Counted from the first letter of the stretch, positions 37,670-50,586 are shown. The stretch: 64,000 bases of DNA from Mizuhopecten yessoensis (GCF_002113885.1 NW_018407883.1:1168396-1232395), one strand, 5' to 3'. Notes: generated from the sequence alone by a model not told the origin. Numbers and translations are program-made.

Positions 37670-39660
37670 GCGTCGGAAACCAAGACAGAACCGGAAACCT
37701 GACAGGATCAGGAACCTTACAGTACACACAAACAAACAAACAGTCCTAGCAAACGCAACTCACCAGAAACCCTAGAGGAACCCTACAGTACACGTAACCC
37801 AACAGAAACAGGAACCGCGACACACCAGGAACCCCGAGAGCACATGGAAAGTATCAGGAATCCGGAAGCACCTGGAACCCCTGCAGCACCAGAAACGCCG
37901 ACAGCACCATGGCCCCTGACACCACCAGGAACCCAACAGCATCTACAACCCTTACAGCACAGGGAACTCAGAAAATCCCCAGGAACACATCAGGTACAAG
38001 AACTCCAAAAGCACAAGGAACCCGACAAGACAACAACCCTGTCAAGAAACAGAGGAACATGACAGAATAAAGACCCGAAAACACGAGGAACCCGACAGAA
38101 GAAAGACCCGAAAACACGAGGAACCCGACACAATAAAGACAAGAAAATAAGAGGAATCCGACAGAACAAAGACCCGAAATCACGAGGAACCCGACAGAAC
38201 AAATACCCGAAAACAAGAGGAACCCGAAGGAACAAAGACCCAAAAACACGAGGAACCTGACAGAACGAAGACCAGAAAATACGAGAAACCCGACAAAACA
38301 AAGAATCGAAAACCCCAGGAACTCGGCAGAAACTCAGACCAGAAAACACCAGGAACCCGACAGAAAAAGACCCGAAAACAACAGGAACCCAAAAGAACAA
38401 AGACCCGAAAAACACCAGGAACCGGCCAGAAACAAATAACAGAAAACAAGAGGAACCCGAGAGGACAAAGACCCGAAAACACCAGGAACCGGCCAGAAAC
38501 AAATAACAGAAAACAAGAGGAACCCGAGAGCACAAAGACCCGAAAACACCAGGAACATGACAGAACAAAGAATCGAAAACACAAAAACCCGACAGTACAA
38601 AGAAATGAAAATGCTAGGAACCCGACCGAACAAAGACTCGATAACACGAGAAACCCGACAGAACAAAGACCCGAAAACACCAGGAACCCGACAGAAATAA
38701 AGACAAGAAAACACCAGGAGCCCGACAGAACAAAGAGCAAAATACACGAGGAACCTGACAAAACAAAGACCCGAAAACATGAGGAATCCGACAGAACAAA
38801 GACCCGAAAACATGAGGAACCTGACAGAACAAAGAATCGAAAATACGAGGAACCCGACAGAACAAAGACCCGAAAACACCAGGAACCCGACAGAAATAAA
38901 GACAAGAAAACACCAGGAGCCCGACAGAACAAAGAGCAAAATACACGAGGAACCTGACAAAACAAAGACCCGAAAACATGAGGAATCCGACAGAACAAAG
39001 ACCCGAAAACATGAGGAACCTGACAGAACAAAGAATCGAAAATACGAGGAACCCGACAGAACAAAGACCCGAAAACACCAGGAACCCGACAGAAATAAAG
39101 ACAAGAAAACACCAGGAGCCCGACAGAACAAAGAGCAAAATACACGAGGAACCCGACAGAACAAAGACCCGAAAATACCAGGAACCCGAGAGAACAAAGA
39201 CCCGAAAACACGAGCAACACGACAGAACAAAGACCCGAAAACTTGAGGAACCTGACAGAACAAAGACCCGAAAACACCAGGAACCCGAGAGAACAAATGA
39301 TCGAAAACACCAGGAACCCGAGAGAACAAAGACCCGAAAACACGAGCAACCCGACATAACAAAGACCCGAAAACACCAACAACCCGACAGAACAAAGACC
39401 CGAAAACACCAGGAACCCGACAGAACAAAGACCCGAAAACACAAAGAGCTCGACACAGAACAAAGACCCGAAAACACGAGGAATCCGACTGAAGAAAGAT
39501 TCGAAAACACGAGGAACCCGACAGAACAAAGACCCGAAAACATGAGGAACCCGACAGAACAAAGAATCGAAAACACCAGGAACCCGACAGAAAAGAACAC
39601 CAGAAAACACCAGGAACCCGACAGAAACAAAGACCAGAAAACACCAGGAACCCGACAGGT
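37670..39660. repeat. 33-bp T-poor minisatellite with a 199-bp higher-order repeat
   Basis: Unit gaggaacccgacagaacaaagacccgaaaacac; the variant acagaaataa recurs at 38691, 38890 and 39089. Confidence 0.9.
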
Positions 39661-41816
39661 TCCGGTATTCTCTATCGGCTATAATACTCTTAATTTCTGA
39701 TGGGTTTTTTTCTACCCTTTGGTTTTGTTTGTGTGTGTTTTATTAAGGGCGTGACAGATTTGGGTGGTGGAGGAAAACCGGAGTTCCCTGAGAGAAACCA
39801 CCGACCTACGATCACTTTTTACGTTTCAATATATTTTATGATATCGTTTAAATTTTAAACAATTTTTTTTTTTTTTTATAAAAATGGTGAACCTAAACTT
39901 TCCAGCCCAAGTTGTTAAACAAAGTTAGATTCACATCAGGCTCTTCGTATCCGAGTCTCATCATGAGTACCAATCTCCAAGTGTAGAGTGTACGCGGCGC
40001 GGATAAAAATCTTTAAAGCCGTTTACTTTTAAAATACGGGTCATGCTTTTAATTTGTGGTGCGGGTAATTTGACTTACATTAAATATAAAAAGAAAACCA
40101 TTGTACATTATCAATTCAAAACTGTAATCGGTATTCTCACAGTTAAATGTCTGCACATCCTTACGTACCCTGGCAAGAAACTCTAATAGAACAGAATTCG
40201 TTGTCTTTCTTATATTATCAGCTTTCATTTTATTCATCCATTCGTCTTTTGTACAATCATTCAGAAGTCTCATATTCTCCCGAATTATTGCAGTATTTCA
40301 ATAATATTTTAATTGCAGTCTTTCTCAAAATGTCTTTAATTTCCTTTTTAGATGCAGGAATTTTACATTTTTTCTATTTATTGGGTATTAACTTATGTTT
40401 TTTTCATAAAATATCTAGTGATTGTTCAGCTTTATCTATACCGTCTCCACGAAAATTATTGATATTTTACACATCTCTAGTTAAGCATTTCCTGTTTTTA
40501 ATTGGTGATATGTTTTTCTCAATATTTGAATTATAATCCATTCCTGTCTTTTGTATAGGAAGAGAGAAAACGCGGAGTGGTTCCTGGTTAGGAAATGAGC
40601 AGGAGTTTATGAATCGTTTTGCGTAATTTTGAAACCAGATTATTTCTAATGACATATTGCCATTTCTGTGCTATCGGCAATTCTGCTGACCCACTTCTGA
40701 CATCGAGATTTAACTCCACAAGGATTAAATCTATACCTTGGATGAGAACATAGCCTTCGACTTCTACTGCTGTATTTTCATTTTGTTAACAAATGTTTGT
40801 GCTTGTGGCATAAAATGGCAGTATACCTGGTTATATATATATAACCCTGTTGAACCTCTAAAGATGAGAAAGCGCTAGGGAATTCGAAGAAATTCTTTCA
40901 TTATATATATCAATAAATCTGATACATTGAATGCTTAGCCCCTGTGAACTAGATTAATCAGGGATAAATAAAGAATCGTGTTTATGTTTCTTAATTGTAA
41001 CCAGTGTAACGTTATACACAATTAACCATTGTACAGTGGTCATTACTCCGGCTTAATGACTGCTTCATAAAATGTGTATATCGGTCCGTTCTTACACTAT
41101 CGTTGACGAATAGTTGTCAATGCACGATGCACGATTGGCCTGCAAGTTGTATCTGTCGTGGTTAGAACTAAATTGCGACAAGGAACTAGGTGTGACGCGT
41201 CCGTACCAGATACAGGGGCAGATATGTTGCTAGATACGCTAACTAAAACATTGTTTTTAAGGTTACTTTACCATTAAAAGTGTTTCAAATGGGGGTATAT
41301 ATATATATTTAATTCTGTATTGGACTATCCCATTCGAAGCCTCTTGTATATTGGCCCTTTGTCTGAAGCATGGGGCAAATGACTTTCCTTGATAAATACA
41401 TATGAGCAAGTGTAAATTGTTCCGAAAATACACAACTCATCATTTCAAACTATTTCATTGTTGGAGTTAGAAAAAAAAAACTAAAAAACTTCTTACCGGT
41501 ATACCAGTTACACTGAACCTATGACGCTGATACAAAGTAGCAGGGGATACACGATGTTGTGGTTAAGACACAGACTTATATTAGATCTATAAACCGAATC
41601 CCATGGATGGGGTTACATTACAAGTTATTACATCTCACATATACATTAATTATGAGACATGGAAATAAATCATGTTTCCCTCACATGCTTGTGTTTCCCT
41701 GGTCACATTTCCCTTATTCAGAGTCTCTCTAGAAAAAAAGCAAAAAGTTCAAAGTGACAGAGGCAGATGACAACAATGGCAAGGAAACAAGCTTGATCAT
41801 CTTTAATGGCATCATC

Positions 41817-42052
41817 GGGTGGTCGGGTGGGGCAGTAGATAGCACACTTGCCTTTCACCAAGGTGGCCGGGGTTCGATTCCTCGATCGGACGTGAAAAGG
41901 TTTGGGGTCACCTGCCTGACCACGTGGGCTTTCTCCGGGTGCCCCTGTTTCCTCCCACAGTAAGACCCCCGCGCGCTAACATCCGGTCCAACAAGAGTGC
42001 ATTGTATAAGTTGTAAAAACTTGTTTCATAATTGTTGTTAAATAAATAAAGT
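41817..42052 (+). mobile_element. V-domain tRNA SINE
   Basis: tRNA head (ggtggggcagtagatagc; ggttcgattcc), V-domain gtgggctttctccgggtgcccctgtttcctcccacag, and an aataaataaa tail. Fragments also at ~39760-39810 and ~48105-48168 (minus). Confidence 0.8.
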
Positions 42053-43296
42053 GTATATATTATATATTTATATATATTTTTACTGTTTTATTCTTGTTCC
42101 ATTTCGTTAAAAGGAAATACTTAGTACCCTTGAGGTAGGGAAACATGACATTTTTTTGACCTCGATTGATCATGGTTTCTCGGTCGTTTACTTTGTGATT
42201 CATGATAAATCTCGTGAAAACTAAGAATTATGTTTCCTTATAACACGTGCCACACAAAGTATGATAAAGGAAGCATCAAGTGAAAGTTTAATAGTAACGT
42301 ATAGATGTTCATAGACTATCCATATTTATTCATAATTACATAGTATTTACTTTTTATGATATTCACTCCCCAGGTGGTCTGTTAACTGCGGTTTGCTTTT
42401 CCCCAATGAGGATAAACTGTCTTATATTAAGTAAATAAACCTCATGTTGCTGTTCATGCGCAAGGGTTCAGCTCGATGGACCGTCTCCGTAAAGTCTAAT
42501 TTAAGCCATTTCGGCGTCCTCGTCTGGACCGCCACTGGCTAGGGATTGCTGCTGCCTGAATGGACATCCTCCAGAAACGGGCGAAGGAAGTCGGGTGTGG
42601 ACGTCCTGACACTTAGCGTCAGTTTTACGGTTGGTGAAAGTCGACAACTTTGCACAAATCGTATTCATGGAAGACTCTGTCTCCGATTTAGTTCTAAAAA
42701 CGCCACATTTACAGACGACATTTGACTTCTCAATTCGGAAGACGGTAAACAAATTACACTGACTTCTTGATTTAATACTAGATTTAATTTCAATCAATCA
42801 AAAGCACCAATTGACTTGCTCATCAACAAAAAAACTCTACACTTGACAGATTTACAAACAGTATTACCTATCAGTTTGACGGTACATTTTGATCCGTACG
42901 GTAAGTTTGTATTCGATCTACAAATGATTCATTTGAAACGTTTGCATTTGTTTGTTAACAAATCTTAACAATTATTAATAGTAAAATTGATGCATGTAGC
43001 CTCGTCCGACAAAGGCAACCAGTCACACGCCTCGCTTGTTTACATTGTTAATATCAATACGGGGAGATTTGTTGATAATAATCCATTGTTATTAACCAAT
43101 GAGAAGTGTTGTTACATCGCACACGTTACAGAAACGTTCAGTTTCAGTATTTATAGTTATAAAGGTAATAAGCATACAACAGATTCATGTAATATATTTA
43201 ATAATAAAGCAACATCTCTGAATATCTATATGTTAAACACTGAACATGTATATTGCAGATGATAATACAAATTGTAAGCTTAGTTTATTAAATATA

Positions 43297-43642
43297 GGAG
43301 GCGCGGTAGTCTAGTGGAAGGACGTCGGGCTCGTAACCGAATGGTTGCGATTTCGAGTCAAGGCACGGCAATATGTTGTATCTTTGAGCAAGATACTTTA
43401 CTCCGTTCCAGTCTACTTATCTGTAAATGAGTACGTGGTTGGGCAGTGCTAAAAATGTACAATGCTAGCAGTGAGCGCCAATATGGCAGCACCGGCTGTA
43501 AGCTCCCCAGGAGTTGAGAAAGATATTGGCTGGGGACAAAGGCCCTATTACCACGGATAATAATTTGTGAACCGCTTTGAGACGACCTACGAACTAGGTG
43601 GTGATAAAGCGGTATATAAGAACGTCGAACTATCATTATTAT
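43297..43642 (+). mobile_element. Full-length tRNA-derived CORE-type SINE with L2-like tail
   Basis: ggaggcgcggtagtctagtgg..ttcgagtc, the CORE-like tgttgtatctttgagcaagatactttac..atctgtaaatgag, and tail tgtgaaccgctttgagacg..gataaagcggtatataag ending in (att)n. Confidence 0.85.
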
Positions 43643-44707
43643 AGGACTGCACCTCATATTTGATTTTGCATTTGTATTGTTACACCAAATAGATTCGTAA
43701 TAATACCTTTCTCTCTTTTCCCTCTCCATCGATTCTCTTTGAAGAAAAAGACGCTTGCCCCTCGGGAATACGTGGTCTTGCTCTCATTGTATGTTGTAAG
43801 TGTCTGCATGTGAGTTATTCCTATATTCATATTTTGTCCTAGTTTTATCGATTTGCAATTCGAACTCTTTCCTTTGAAGCAGTACATGTATTATTAGTCA
43901 TTGAAGTCGGATTTTTAATATTTTACTGTCGCAGGTATAAGATAAAAAATAAGAATTCTGATTATTGTGTATTAATAGTATATGCTATTCAAATTCAAAG
44001 TATTTTATGTCTTAAAGATAGGAGAAAATAGTAACATAATGCTTAAAACTTAGACAGTAAATATCAACTATTTTGTAGTCGCGAATATAACCTGTTTCCC
44101 TGATAAACACCTATATGTCCTGTCGTGTTTGTCTTAATACTGTTCACAAGCGGTGTGATGTCACTGCTCGTTGTAATCTATAATGGGTGTATGCGTGTGT
44201 GGGTGTGTGCATGCGTATGTATATGCAAAGGTCTGTATATACATATATGTATGCATTGCTGTGTCTAATTACGAAATAGTTCATTTATACATCAGGTTAT
44301 CATGTTTATATATATATCAGTATCTCCACATGCATGCACGTCCCTGTCCATCCTGTAATGATTTAACATATAAATCCATGTACCCCATGTCACACATTTT
44401 CATGTGTCTGAGTGTTGGAAATAAAATCTGAAATCTGCGATCTGACAAAAATTGCAGATCCGCCAGGCTGTTCGACTGTTTGTATTGTCTTGTGACTGGC
44501 TTGTCTTTCTTTTACCGAAATATCGAGCTTCACTAGGTATATTGAATGGTTTTTACAAACCCTGCCACTACTATATACATTCTGACCTACGAAACACTAA
44601 CGATTCCTAATTCCCAAGCAACGCTGTCGACAGGACTGGTATGTAGACCCCACGGCCTCACTACGGCCTCACGACAATGGTGCACCTGTATAACTATAAT
44701 CCATCTT

Positions 44708-44736
44708 TCAGGTCTTGCATATTTTCCCAACCATAT
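44708..44736 (-). CDS. Calmodulin-like gene A, last coding exon (29 nt)
   Basis: Acceptor gctttattttcag, phase 1, giving (D)MVGKICKT*; same 29-nt coding length as the canonical calmodulin last exon. Confidence 0.7.
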
Positions 44737-45144
44737 CTGAAAATAAAGCATACATTTTTTTTTAAATCGGCGGCGCAGAGATGTCTTGATGTTACGTGTA
44801 TATTAGCATACTTTACAATAACAGTGAATGAAGCAGTGAAGAGTATTTTTTTTTTTATCTTCAAAACATTAATTAGACTCATAACACATCAGAATTCAGA
44901 AATGCATATTCTGGCTTTACCAAGTATACAAAATTACTTATCTGGAAATTTTATAAATGAGAGTAAATACGCTGTCCTTGTATTGGAATATGTCCAGGAT
45001 CCCAATAGTGTTACGGCCTCCTAAATGTTGAAAATAAAATTCTATTCATTGGATATTTAAATTGGAGTTATTCAATATTCTGGCCCGTTTTGGGTTGCAA
45101 AAACATATTATTGTAGAACACTAGAACTTATGGTCGTTACTTAC

Positions 45145-45390
45145 CTTTGTATGTTATAATGCCATCTCTGTTCACGTCCATATCGTGGAAGATCTCGTTA
45201 AGGAATGCGTCGTCAAGAACATCGCCTGCCCCTGACAGAACCGTCCTTAGCATCAAGTACGAAATCGTTCCGTCTCCCTTTTTGTCAAAAGTCCGGAAGG
45301 CATCCATTAAGGTGTTCCTTTCGTCCACAGCCTCGTCCATTCGAGTTTTCAGCTTGTCCTTGTACTCCTCAAATTCGATATACGTGGACC
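45145..45390 (-). CDS. Calmodulin-like gene A, exon encoding the end of EF2 through EF4 (246 nt)
   Basis: ttgacag|...|gtaagt; STYIEFEEY...LMDAFRTFDKKGDGTISYLML...DMDVNRDGIITYK. Confidence 0.92.
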
Positions 45391-46104
45391 CTGTCAACAC
45401 AAACATTTTATATCGACAAAAAAAAACACATTTTGATATCAACACAAATTAATTAATAAACGGGTTTTGTCAAAATCTGAAAGTCTATGTTATCAGTCAA
45501 ATTAACGAATTTCAACATTCAAAGACTGTTTCTTTAAACAAAACAACACAAAAATAATGCAACAGCTGACATCAAGATGTTTAAGTTTACATCAGCCATT
45601 TATGTAAACAGAAGTCAAAACCTTATTCAAATTGATGTTATTTTATATTTCAACACATTACAAGTCAGAATGTACATGTAAAAATGAAAGAGAGGGAGCT
45701 TTTTTCGACTTAGAATAACTGTTTTATGTCGACATTCATAAAAATGTTGGAAGTTATCAACACATATACGTCAGCGGGCATCATCAACAGTTAAGTCAGA
45801 GCTTTGGGCAAGACAATCAATAATATGATCCCTCGGGCTGGAGATTTCTCTGTCACCCCTCGGGCTGGTGATTTTTCTGTCACCTCTCAAGGTAGGGGAA
45901 GACTCTATTGATCTCCACATACCCTAACAATTATATGTCGCGCCATCTCCACGCACCCTATACTTATATATACTAACCATTGCCTGCACTATTCATTATA
46001 TGTATACATATATAACACCTTAACCATGACGCGTCATCCCATCACCACACAATATCACCAGTACGTGTCACCGCACCCCCACCATGTGGTCCCTGTATCC
46101 TTAC

Positions 46105-46275
46105 CATTAGCGTCACACTCGTCCAAAAGGTTTTTAACTGCCTCCTGTGTCGGGTTGAGCCCCATACTACGATACCACCTGACGAGTTCCTCTAAGGACA
46201 ATCGCCCGTCCTTGTCGGCGTCAATTGCGTCAAACATGGCGCGCAACTCTTTTTCCTGGTCATCCGCATTTTCCT
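46105..46275 (-). CDS. Calmodulin-like gene A, EF1 exon (171 nt)
   Basis: ttttcag|...|gtaagg; ENADDQEKELRAMFDAIDADKDGRLSLEELVRWYRSMGLNPTQEAVKNLLDECDAN. Confidence 0.92.
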
Positions 46276-47167
46276 CTGAAAATGGAGGAAATGTTTATAT
46301 TTTTCCCGCTACCTTGGAATATATCGTGATAGAATCTAAGGCTCTTTACACGACACATTGCGGATGATATAAGTAGACTAGCTTATGTCTATGATGGAGG
46401 TCAGCGAAATTGCACAGCAGCGTGGCGGTAAAACCGACATACTTCTAAATTTGACGTTACGCCTCTGTAATCGTCATTGGCCTGGTAAAGTATCAGTTAA
46501 GTGATTGGTCAGGATTTAGGCTTTAAACCAGTTAAATAGCTTACCGCGATCTTTTGATTTAGTCATGACATATACCAAGGGTGCTGAAGCAAAAAAACTA
46601 TAGATTTCAGAAATGATAATCATTCTTAGTGACTCCTTTCGTGCTTAAAGTGAATGCACGCATTGATAAAACTGACCATTTCAATGGAGGCAACTCGCGG
46701 TCATCTTAGAAAAAACGAAAGTGTCGTTTCTTTCAAGATTCCTCCATATCTTAAACTGATTAGAATCTTTAATACAATGTTTATACCAAATTTGATGCTT
46801 TTATCACAAAGAGCAGTTTTTTTTCTCTTATCCGCTGTGGTAGTAGAGAAAAAGCTATGCATAACGAAGTTACTTTGATGAAGTTATATAACAACTAAGT
46901 ACAGGACAGTTCCGATCAGTGGTCTTTAAAAGAAAAATCTTTTCATTACCTTCCACTACTGTTACCAGTAATTGCCTTTTATCCTCTGTTGGTAATATTA
47001 CCGGTTGTATACTAGAGTATCAACATTCACTGTTTGGTACACCTACTTAAAATCATGCAACAAAACACTCGTAAATATACTTAATTTCCGAGTCTAAAAC
47101 CCTGACGAGTTCCATAACGATCTGAAATATAAACTAGAAGTTGGTACTTTATTGAGAAGATACATAC

Positions 47168-47249
47168 CCGTAACTTCCTGTAGCTGAAGTACTTTTGTCT
47201 GTTCGTCCGTCTTTTGTTCCTCTTCGTTGGCTTCCTGCGGTTCCGACAT
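47168..47249 (-). CDS. Calmodulin-like gene A, first coding exon (acidic N-terminal extension)
   Basis: ATG at 47249; MSEPQEANEEEQKTDEQTKVLQLQEVT + G|gtatgt (phase 1, matching the next exon). Total CDS 82+171+246+29 = 528 nt, 175 aa. Confidence 0.75.
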
Positions 47250-47751
47250 GCTCACAACTGGTGAAACTGATAGATGTTCAACTATACAAATATATATGTG
47301 CTTGCGTTTATGAGAATGTTTTGCCATTTTATACCTTGGCGGTAATTTGTATTAGTTTGTATTTACAACTATAGTCGGCAAAATAAATTGGAGTGGGGGT
47401 TGAGTTTTTAAAAATCTTAGTATGTGTGTCTCTGAGAGCAAACATGTTTCATTTTCACTCTTGGGCTGTTGATAGAGATTTAAGTGTTTTTCATAAAAAG
47501 TGAATTCAAATTTTAAAAACTTGTTTATAAAAAATATTCTTGATAGCACTAATCAAGCTAACGTGAGCTGAACTTGTTATTGTTCATAAATTGCAAACTT
47601 ACTGACATCTTATTCAACGCGATCAAATATTCAGATTTTACAACACACTATTAGTATCTAAGTTATTTGCTTAGAAATAAGTGAAATTAATAACAGATAT
47701 GGATTAAGTAAATAAATAAAAGGAGCATTTTTTTGATAAAATACAGCTCAC

Positions 47752-47910
47752 TTGGATTGATTGTAGCCGATCTCCGAATAGTGAATCTTTGTCACCCCCT
47801 CTGTGAAGTTCGGAAGGCTATGCTCATTGTGTATGACAATACCAGTCTCCCCTCAGGTACAGTAGTTGACTTGACCTGATGTGTATAGTTGGACCACGTC
47901 CATTATATTT
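47752..47910 (-). promoter_or_regulatory. Candidate promoter and non-coding first exon of gene A
   Basis: Donor-like ccaa|gtgagc near 47750 and TATA-like aaatataatgg near 47900-47910 on the minus strand. No transcript evidence. Confidence 0.3.
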
Positions 47911-48552
47911 CAGGGTTGAGGCTTACTACATTCTTTTCTGTGATCTTTGTCACGCTAAGTCGTGCTTTGTGTCGGTTGATCATGACAAAGGGATAGATTA
48001 TCGGGGAATTAAAACATATGCATCAATGCATAAATAATATACACTTTATTTATTCATTAAACAAGTTATTTCAACCTATATTAATCACTCTTGTTGGTCT
48101 GGACGAATGGAACCCTGATCGCCTTGGTGAAAGGCAAGAGCGCTATCCACTGCACCACCCGACCACTCATAAATGATCGTCATTGATTATCTTATCGCAA
48201 TTATAGGCCGTTTTTGTTTTAAATCAGTTTAATAGAATATCAAATGCAATCATTTCTGGGGTTTTTATGCCTTATTTTGAATGTTTCTCAATCAATGGTC
48301 ATCACGCCTTGTTGTTTCTATGCCCCATTGAAATCAGTCGATCTAGCTACAAGACCTAAAACACCTGGAGTTCCTTTTGCATACTCTGCAGATTTAGAAT
48401 AGTATTTCTCATAGAAACTGTTTAAATGCGTCTTTGCTCTTGACCCCCGTCTGTAGATTTCCCTGACAAGATCAATGTACGTCTATGTTGACCATCCGAT
48501 TCTAAATAGTGAAGAAACACAACGAAACCGATACATTATAGCATTAAGTCGT

Positions 48553-48935
48553 TTGGTTTGGTTTAGTATTGTTTTACGTCATATCAACAGCTAAGGTCAT
48601 TTAAAGACGGCCTCCCCTGTGTGCAAGAAAAATGCGTGTAGTGTATGCGTGTGTGTTTGCGGAGGCTGCGATATGTTCGTGTTTGTCTCCTTGTGATAGA
48701 GCGGAACTAATGCCGACTTTATAGTGCTACCTCACTGAAACATACTGCCGAAGACGCCCAACATGATACCCCACCGGTCACATTATACTGACAATGGGCG
48801 AACCAGTCGTCCCACTCCTAAATTGTTGAGCATTAAGTAGGAGTAGAAACTACTATTTTTACAGACTCTGGTATGTCTCGACCAGGGGACAGAACCCAAA
48901 TCCTTCCTCACAGGGGCGAACGCTCAACTAAAGAC
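48553..48935 (-). mobile_element. Meta-domain tRNA SINE
   Basis: Reverse complement contains gtcagtataatgtgaccggtggggt..tcttcggcagtatgtttcagtgaggtagcactataaag and the tail ttaaatgaccttagctgttga..aaaccaaac. Confidence 0.75.
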
Positions 48936-50586
48936 CACAGTGAGGCATTGTCAAGGGAGACATTAGGAAAGTAGTTCAAGAGAAATGGGAGCAGCAGGTA
49001 CAATGCTTACGCCCTACCTGCAGGGACTCATTAGGTCGTACTTACGTTGGTTAAAACATACCCATAAAATAATCAAAGATGCTAACTTTGTCCCCTAGTA
49101 GAACTAGGGAGTAGGCGTGTCATCCCGGGGACAGCACAGTGTCCGACCAACTGAAATTTGACCATTTGTCGATGTTTTATGAAGTCTACCGAAAAGTATA
49201 CCGCATAATAAACGGCAAATTATTCATCAAAGGAAAGCTATTTTCCTGTCGATCTTGAATGCTCCTGGCGGCATATTATGTACGGTTATGACAAAATCGC
49301 ATGTTTTCAGGAACGGGGTCATTCTACTAGGGGGACAGAGTAAGCAACCTTGATTATATTATAGACGAGGCTTATACAGGTACCTGTTGTTAAAATAATC
49401 AAATGTGGAAAATGACTTGACGAAATAATTCCATTCTGGGAGTCTGTATTAATGTAGCATTTCAATTGGAGAATAATTAGGTAGATAGCAAATGATGGGT
49501 TGCCAATTGAGAAACAACGACCGAAGCACGACTGACTCTGACGTAGATAAAAGAAACAACACATTTTGATGCAGCAGTATGTAAGTCACATCCCTTGAAG
49601 CTTAATGGACTTGGTCCAATGGTAATGATTGTGTTGGGTCGACCATAGTACCTGAAGGAGAACGGCTTTTGTCACGTACACAAATACAGTAGCGTTACAA
49701 ACTTCAAAGAGGAGGTTGCAAATATTGAATTGGCTACGACCAATCCGGAATGGATGTAAATATTCAAATAAAGTATCTTTTACGGGTATTTTAACTAAAC
49801 TATTAGAGTAAACGGGACGGTATGTATGGATTAGATCATGGAGAATGTCCAAGAAACTACTTTTTCCTGAAAATGTGGTCATGAGAATAGAAGCCCGCAG
49901 TGGGGCTGTATCATTCCAACCATTTTATATACCATGATGACGTCACGGATGCGTCACAGTTCTCCAGTAATAGTGATACATTTACGTTGCAATCCAGTTG
50001 TAGGTGTACAACTTTGTGTAGCACAAAGTATCTGTGACTTACGTTATGTTAAACAAAAATTATATAAGTAAAATTATAGGTGTACGCGTAAAATAAGTAT
50101 AACTATTAATTAAACCGCTGAAGATGATATTTCATGAGATTAAAAATATAGCTGAAGCACACAGATATCGGTAGCACACATATGATATTTTTTATAAAAC
50201 TTTAAATATATCTAGAACACACAGAAAGTTTGCTTTGTAATATATTTAAGTCAACGGGGAATTCGCTCCAGGTCAAAAGTTAAATAAGTACAAAACAACC
50301 ATATTTATTTGATGATTAAGAGAGACAAATAAGCAAGCGTCCCCCCCCCCCCCCCCCCCCCCACCCAAATATTCTTAAGTTCAATTTGATTTTTCATACA
50401 AATATCAGTACCACGATAGTTCTACTCCCTAGATTAAACTGAACTATTATAAGACTGTTTTTGTACATATCTATAAGTGATTCCCTGATACAATGTCTTC
50501 GAATTTCCATCTCGTTTATTATGTGAGGCGAGCTTATCATGGCCATTTAAAAACGTAACATTTCACCAGACATCGGTGTCATGATA

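Noticed and set aside
38180-39700. Long ORFs of 240-476 aa on both strands
   Set aside because: They result from a compositionally biased 33-bp repeat; frames shift between units and there are no splice or domain signals.
42501-42797. 98-aa ORF downstream of gene A
   Set aside because: No motif and no clear splice link to either calmodulin-like gene.
44392-44427. Alternative last exon for gene A (DFISNTQTHENV*)
   Set aside because: Possible, but it has a weaker polypyrimidine tract, and the nearer 44736 acceptor gives the calmodulin-like 29-nt exon.
49319-49882. Possible DIRS/tyrosine-recombinase remnant (HPFRIG)
   Set aside because: Only one weak motif; too degenerate to support.
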